A stretch of 53,959 nt of DNA from a virus. Its lineage: Duplodnaviria; Caudoviricetes. The notes beneath the pieces were generated by a model, which was not told the DNA's origin, ran no database searches, and was given only the letters and a program-made list of their open reading frames with translations. Location of the stretch: positions 1-53,959 of the IMG/VR virus record IMGVR_UViG_3300033149_004108. One strand, written 5' to 3'. The translations under genes were made by a program, and so were the position numbers. Shown here piece after piece: positions 49,253-53,959 of this stretch (the stretch's first letter is position 1; the number at the start of each line of letters is the position of its first letter).

Positions 49253-50749
49253 ATGGGCAAGGGCCAGATACCGGAAGCGGTACGGATATACCATCAAGCG
49301 AAGGAAGCGGGGCAGTTTCTCATTGCAGGGACGGTGCCGTACACGCCGCATCCTGGGCAGAGGGTGTTCCACGAATCGGCGGCGAGGATACGGGTACTGG
49401 CGTGTGGGGCGCGCTGGGGGAAAGACCGCTCGTGTGTGAACGAAGCGATACGGGTGGCGGCGGCGGCGATGCAGTTGCCTGGGAGGGAGTTGCTGGTTCC
49501 GAAGGTACACGTCTGGTTTGTTGCGCCGAACTACCCGTTGGCGAAGCAGTTGTGGCGGGAGTTGAAAGCGTTTACGCCGCCGGAGGTGATATTGGGCGCG
49601 CCGAACGAGACGGAGCGCACGATTCACTGGCGTGGGGATGTGCTGATGGAGGTGAAATCGGCGGATGATCCTCGTTCCTTGCTGGCGGTGGGGCTGGACC
49701 TGGTGGTGGTGATTGAGGCGGCGTTGTTGCGGCCGGAGGCGTGGGAGATGGCATTGTATCCGCGGCTGACTTCTCCTGGGAGGTTGGGTTTGGCGATACT
49801 GAATGGGACGCCGAAGGGGAGGAACTGGTACTGGCGATTGTTCCACCGTGGGCAGGACCCGAACGACCCAGAGGTTGAATCGTGGAACTTTCCGACGCGC
49901 GCGATACCGACGCCCGATGGTGGGTGGGAGGACCATCCGTATGGAAACCCGCATATATCGCTTGACGAGATAGAGAATGCGCGGAAGGAGATGCCCGACC
50001 GGTGGTTCCGGCAGGAGTTTCTGGCGGAGTTTCTGACGGAGGGTGGTGCGGTATTTCGCAATGTGCGCCAGAGGGTATCGTTGCCGCCGCCGAATCCGAG
50101 GCGACCGATTGTGGTGGGGGTTGACCTGGCGAAGACCGAGGACTACACAGTATTCGTTGCGATGGACGCTGATGGCCGCATGGTGGCGATGGAGCGGATG
50201 CAAAGGATACCATACGACATACAAGCGGAACGCCTGTGCGAGTTTGTGAAGCGAGTTGGCGCGCCCAGGGTGTATATCGAGAAGAACGGGCCTGGGGAAA
50301 CATTTATTGACATGGCGGAAGGTGTGTTTGGTCGTAATGCTGTGAATTGTAGCCTTATCGGACAAGCAACATCGGCACAATCGAAGCGTCAGATGATTGG
50401 GTCACTGATTGTGGGTTTCGAGCAAGGCGACAGCGGTCTTACGATATTAGACGACCCGGTGTTGTTGAACGAGTTGGAGGCATTCTCTGCCGAGCAATTG
50501 CCGTCTGGCAATGAACGATATTCTGCGCCGCAGGGATTCCACGATGACTGTGTGATGGCGTTGGCGTTTGCGTGGTCGGCGGTGCGCGACAGCGGTCGTT
50601 TCGTGCAACGCGTTGGAACGGTGCCGAAGCGTGGTGCGAACGTGTTTGTGGGATTGAAGAAACTCCCTTATACTGGTGGCACGGGCCGTGGGCCTGGTGC
50701 ATATCGGTTCCGGCCATTGCGACGGAGGTTTGCGAACCATGCCAGATAA
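49253..50749 (+). CDS. terL: Terminase large subunit
   Basis: PHPGQ, Walker A GARWGKD, FVAPNY, GTPKGRNW, FRQEFLAEF, GVDLA, HDDCVMALA. Confidence 0.95.
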   Translation: MGKGQIPEAVRIYHQAKEAGQFLIAGTVPYTPHPGQRVFHESAARIRVLACGARWGKDRSCVNEAIRVAAAAMQLPGRELLVPKVHVWFVAPNYPLAKQLWRELKAFTPPEVILGAPNETERTIHWRGDVLMEVKSADDPRSLLAVGLDLVVVIEAALLRPEAWEMALYPRLTSPGRLGLAILNGTPKGRNWYWRLFHRGQDPNDPEVESWNFPTRAIPTPDGGWEDHPYGNPHISLDEIENARKEMPDRWFRQEFLAEFLTEGGAVFRNVRQRVSLPPPNPRRPIVVGVDLAKTEDYTVFVAMDADGRMVAMERMQRIPYDIQAERLCEFVKRVGAPRVYIEKNGPGETFIDMAEGVFGRNAVNCSLIGQATSAQSKRQMIGSLIVGFEQGDSGLTILDDPVLLNELEAFSAEQLPSGNERYSAPQGFHDDCVMALAFAWSAVRDSGRFVQRVGTVPKRGANVFVGLKKLPYTGGTGRGPGAYRFRPLRRRFANHAR

Positions 50750-52199
50750 CGCAAAGCGAACGCCGAAGAAAAGGAAGAAGGCGACAACCGCTACTGGTGG
50801 CTTTGCGAAACCGCGCGTGTTCAACTTCAGCAAGGCGTTGAACGCAGAAGCGCAACGCGTAGACACATTTGCCGGCCAGATTGGGACCACTGGTCTGCGC
50901 AGGATGGGGCCGTATGTCGTCGAGGAGTATCTGACCGAACTGCGCGGGAAGCAGGGGCGCGCCCGCTATCAAGAGATGTACAACACGGATGTTGTGCGCC
51001 GCGCCTTGCGAGCGATTCTGCTGCCGATGTTGCAAGCGTCGTGGCGGGTTGAAGGCGGTGCGGGTGCGGATGCTGAGCGGGCGCGTGAGTTTGTCGCACA
51101 GTGTATGGACGACATGTCGCATACCTGGCGCGAGTGGCTACAGGATGCGTTGATTGGTACTGCGGTGTATGGCGCGTCATGGTATCAGACGATATACAAG
51201 CGTCGGTTGGGGCCGAATCAGCGCGATGCAAAGAAGCGGAGCAAGTTCAACGATGGCTTGTGGGGGTGGCGGAAGTTCAGCCCTCGCTATCAGAACACAT
51301 GGGAAGGTTGGGAATGGGATGACGACGGGGATATGAAGGCGCTGATTCAGAGCGACCCGTATTCCGGCAGAGGCAAAGTAGTAATCCCGCTGGATATTTC
51401 ATTGCACTTCACATTGGAGGGGCGGCTTGGCAACCCAGAGGGGGAAAGTTTGTTGCGCGCAGCGTACCAGCCGTGGTACGGCTATCGCCACGCCGAGATA
51501 TGGACCGGCATCCTCATCGAGCGCATGGGCGGTATCCCTGAGTTTGCGGTAGAGGACGCGAATCTGCCGTTGTTCTCGGATGATATTCCAGAGATGCAGA
51601 ATCTGCGCTCGTACCTTGAGGATGCGGGCACTGCGTTCCGATTGGACGAACAGACCTGCATCATCACGCCGCCTGGCATCAAGTTCAACTTGCACACGCC
51701 TGCGGTGAGGGTGAACGACCTCATTCGCTACATGCAGTTCTGCGCCTGGAGAATCATGGGGTGTTTGCTGGCACAGTTTCTCGAACTCGGCCAGACGCCG
51801 TATGGCTCTTACGCGAAGACCGAGAGTGAAAAGGACTTCTTCCTGCAATCGTGCCAAGCGATGTTGCAGGCGATTGCTGATGTGCTGAACAGGTATGAGT
51901 TGCCGAGACTCTTCAAGTTGAACGCCGGTTCGTTTACTCAGCTCGAAGAGTTGCCGCAGTTAGTGCCCACCGATACGCGAGCACCTGACTTGACGACGGT
52001 TGCTGAGCCGTTGGCGAGACTCGTGCGCGCTGGTGTGATGGAGCCGTATCCTGCGTTGCAGGCGTATCTGCGTCAGATTGGTCATCTGCCCGAACCTGAT
52101 GAAGAGGAAGAGGATGGACCAACGACGCGGATTGAAGAGGAACCAAACGGTGAGGAGGAGGAAGCACAACATGCGAACGAGGTTGCAAACAGAACTTGA
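50739..52199 (+). CDS. Portal protein (DUF935 / Mu gp29-like)
   Basis: GGAGGT RBS; IGTTGL, GNPEGESLLRAAYQPW, IERMGG.P, LAQFLELG..GSYA. Confidence 0.85.
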   Translation: MPDNAKRTPKKRKKATTATGGFAKPRVFNFSKALNAEAQRVDTFAGQIGTTGLRRMGPYVVEEYLTELRGKQGRARYQEMYNTDVVRRALRAILLPMLQASWRVEGGAGADAERAREFVAQCMDDMSHTWREWLQDALIGTAVYGASWYQTIYKRRLGPNQRDAKKRSKFNDGLWGWRKFSPRYQNTWEGWEWDDDGDMKALIQSDPYSGRGKVVIPLDISLHFTLEGRLGNPEGESLLRAAYQPWYGYRHAEIWTGILIERMGGIPEFAVEDANLPLFSDDIPEMQNLRSYLEDAGTAFRLDEQTCIITPPGIKFNLHTPAVRVNDLIRYMQFCAWRIMGCLLAQFLELGQTPYGSYAKTESEKDFFLQSCQAMLQAIADVLNRYELPRLFKLNAGSFTQLEELPQLVPTDTRAPDLTTVAEPLARLVRAGVMEPYPALQAYLRQIGHLPEPDEEEEDGPTTRIEEEPNGEEEEAQHANEVANRT

Positions 52200-52491
52200 C
52201 GACAGAGAGTTCATGCAGCGATACCCGCGCGCATGGCTAGATGATGTTGACGAGTGGCTTCGTTGGGGCGGCGTTGACCTGACGAAGTATCTGAAGCAGG
52301 CTCGCCAACTCGGCGACAGATTGGCGCGGGAGCGCGGTCTGGTGATGGCGCTGGAGGAACGCGACGGCGATGAAGTTGTGAGGTACTACCTACGGCCGGG
52401 CAGCATGAACTGGTATCGCTTGCCGATATTGCAACGCATACGGGCAAGGTTGGGGATGGCGAACCTGAAACCGCAGAAGAAGGTGTGGTGA
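52171..52491 (+). CDS. Hypothetical protein
   Basis: GAGGAGG RBS and ATG at 52171. Confidence 0.55.
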   Translation: MRTRLQTELDDREFMQRYPRAWLDDVDEWLRWGGVDLTKYLKQARQLGDRLARERGLVMALEERDGDEVVRYYLRPGSMNWYRLPILQRIRARLGMANLKPQKKVW

Positions 52492-52498
52492 TTGCGTC

Positions 52499-53959
52499 AT
52501 GGCGAGAAGCCAACGATTCCTTGAAGCCTGGTATCAGCGTGTCAGTCCCTGGGTAAAGCGGTATCTGCCAGGCATTGCAGACAGGTTGTTGCGCCAAGCG
52601 AGGGGCGAAGCCGGCGGGCGTTCATCGCCATTGAAGGTTGATGCGGTTGAGAAGATGGCGTTGGGCGTTTTGAACGAGAAGAATGTGCGCAGCCTATCTC
52701 GCAACGAAGTCTTGAATCTTCATCGCCGTTGTCATCAGTTGGTAGCGCGCGCCAAAACATCGGCCGATATTGACACTGCCGAACTTGCCCGCGCCCATTC
52801 GCTACTCGTTTCCGAGATGAAGCGGCGCGGTATGTTCCACAGGTCGCCGTTGCAGGCGTGCATGTTGAAGTCGGAAGTAGTATCAGATGATGTTCCAGAG
52901 GAACTGGTAGTCATTCCCGACTTCGTTTCTGTGGTGGGTTCATCTGTCGCCGACGCAGAGAAGGCGAACGATATAGATGTGCTGTTTCGCGCTACGCGTG
53001 GAGCGAAGGGCTTCACGATACCTGCCAAAGGCATTGAGGTGCTCGCACGCAAGGCTATTGCGCCGCGCAAAGATAAGGAACTCCACTATATCGACGAACC
53101 GACTGGGCCGCATGCTGATTACATCCCGTTGTACGACCTCGTGTTGCGGCGCAGTAAGAGGCCCAAGCAAGTCGTGAAGGGGGATGGCGAGCACGACAAG
53201 GTTGACCTCGGTTGCGGAGATAACAAGCCCGCCGGCTACTTTGGCATTGACAAGCAGCCAGGTGATGCTGTTGATCTTGTTGCTGACCTGGAGTTTGGGA
53301 TTCCATTGCCCAGTGAATCTGCTGAAGTAGTGCGCGCTCATCACATACTGGAGCATCTACCCGACAAGGAATCAATCATGGCGGAGATTTGGCGCGTGCT
53401 CAAGCCAGGAGGGATTGCCGATATTGTCGTTCCGTCATCCGAGGGGATTGGTGCTGATGCAGACCCGACGCACAAGAGCAGATGGAACTCTGCATCATTC
53501 GCGTTCTGGACTGAAGAGAGTCTGCTTGCAGACCGCCCTCGTTTTGAGGAGGTGTCTGTTGAGTCAAAGTTGCAGCCGAACGGCAGCATATGGGTGTTTG
53601 CGAAGTTGCGCAAACCTGTTGAGAAGGCGGTAGCACCACTCAAGACATTTACTCCGCCGAAGCCGAGTATGGCGGCAATCACCGAAGTATTCTCGGTTGA
53701 TGAAATCTGGGATGCGTGGGTGAAGAAGCATCTTGACGGCGGCGTTGTCGCTGAACCGAAGTACAATGGCTTCCGCGCGATCCTCACTGGCGATGGCAAG
53801 GGTAGCGTCTCCATCTGGTTCGAGGACGCGAAACGGGAACACGAACTGCCTGGCTTGACCGACGCATTGCAGAAGATAGACGAGCCGTTCGTGTTGGATG
53901 CGAGCGTTGGTATCGAACGAGACGGCAAGCCACTGCCGAGAATCGAGCTGATGACGCTG
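52499..53959 (+). CDS. N-terminal part of the 1090-aa multidomain protein: small helical domain, Pol-beta-type nucleotidyltransferase, class I SAM methyltransferase, ligase adenylation motif; continues at position 115
   Basis: Hand translation from ATG 52499 has no stop; VVGSS...NDIDVLF; DLGCG, HILEHL, WRVLKPGG, DPTH; EPKYNGFR; in frame with 1..1926. Confidence 0.88.
   Translation, partial: MARSQRFLEAWYQRVSPWVKRYLPGIADRLLRQARGEAGGRSSPLKVDAVEKMALGVLNEKNVRSLSRNEVLNLHRRCHQLVARAKTSADIDTAELARAHSLLVSEMKRRGMFHRSPLQACMLKSEVVSDDVPEELVVIPDFVSVVGSSVADAEKANDIDVLFRATRGAKGFTIPAKGIEVLARKAIAPRKDKELHYIDEPTGPHADYIPLYDLVLRRSKRPKQVVKGDGEHDKVDLGCGDNKPAGYFGIDKQPGDAVDLVADLEFGIPLPSESAEVVRAHHILEHLPDKESIMAEIWRVLKPGGIADIVVPSSEGIGADADPTHKSRWNSASFAFWTEESLLADRPRFEEVSVESKLQPNGSIWVFAKLRKPVEKAVAPLKTFTPPKPSMAAITEVFSVDEIWDAWVKKHLDGGVVAEPKYNGFRAILTGDGKGSVSIWFEDAKREHELPGLTDALQKIDEPFVLDASVGIERDGKPLPRIELMTL
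53846..53959. repeat. Terminal direct repeat (copy 2)
   Basis: Identical to 1-114. Confidence 0.97.

Noticed and set aside
48944-50380. 478-aa and other long antisense ORFs (also 13910-14941, 7124-7861, 8471-9202)
   Set aside because: Shadow frames opposite well-supported genes in GC-rich DNA, with low-complexity translations.

Overview
The window is an apparently complete, circularly assembled genome of a long-tailed (siphovirus-like) dsDNA phage. Bases 1-114 repeat exactly at 53846-53959, so the unit length is about 53,845 bp. The + strand carries packaging and virion genes: TerS, TerL, a DUF935-type portal, then across the junction a 1090-aa multidomain protein, a glycosyltransferase/sulfatase island, scaffold, capsid, head-tail, tail and lysis genes. 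The - strand (about 25.2-47.3 kb) carries early genes: a DNA methylase, a Gp37Gp68 protein, a RuvC-like resolvase, a DnaB-N/AAA helicase beside an iteron array, RecT-like and PD-(D/E)xK recombination genes, an RHH regulator, a beta-clamp-like protein and many small ORFs. No integrase, tRNA, CRISPR array or reverse transcriptase was recognised. The most striking element, mostly missed by the ORF track, is the junction-spanning ORF (52499->1926). It strings together a Pol-beta-type nucleotidyltransferase, a SAM methyltransferase, an ATP-dependent ligase, a LigD-type 3'-phosphoesterase and an XkdF-type prohead protease. Each domain linker has a hydrophobic-x-Lys/small motif that also occurs 12 times in the scaffold, suggesting a capsid-packaged, protease-matured repair-enzyme polyprotein. 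The protease itself appears split between two genes 5 kb apart. A promoter-driven candidate sRNA is complementary to the start regions of several early genes. All family calls come from motif recognition by eye, not database searches.
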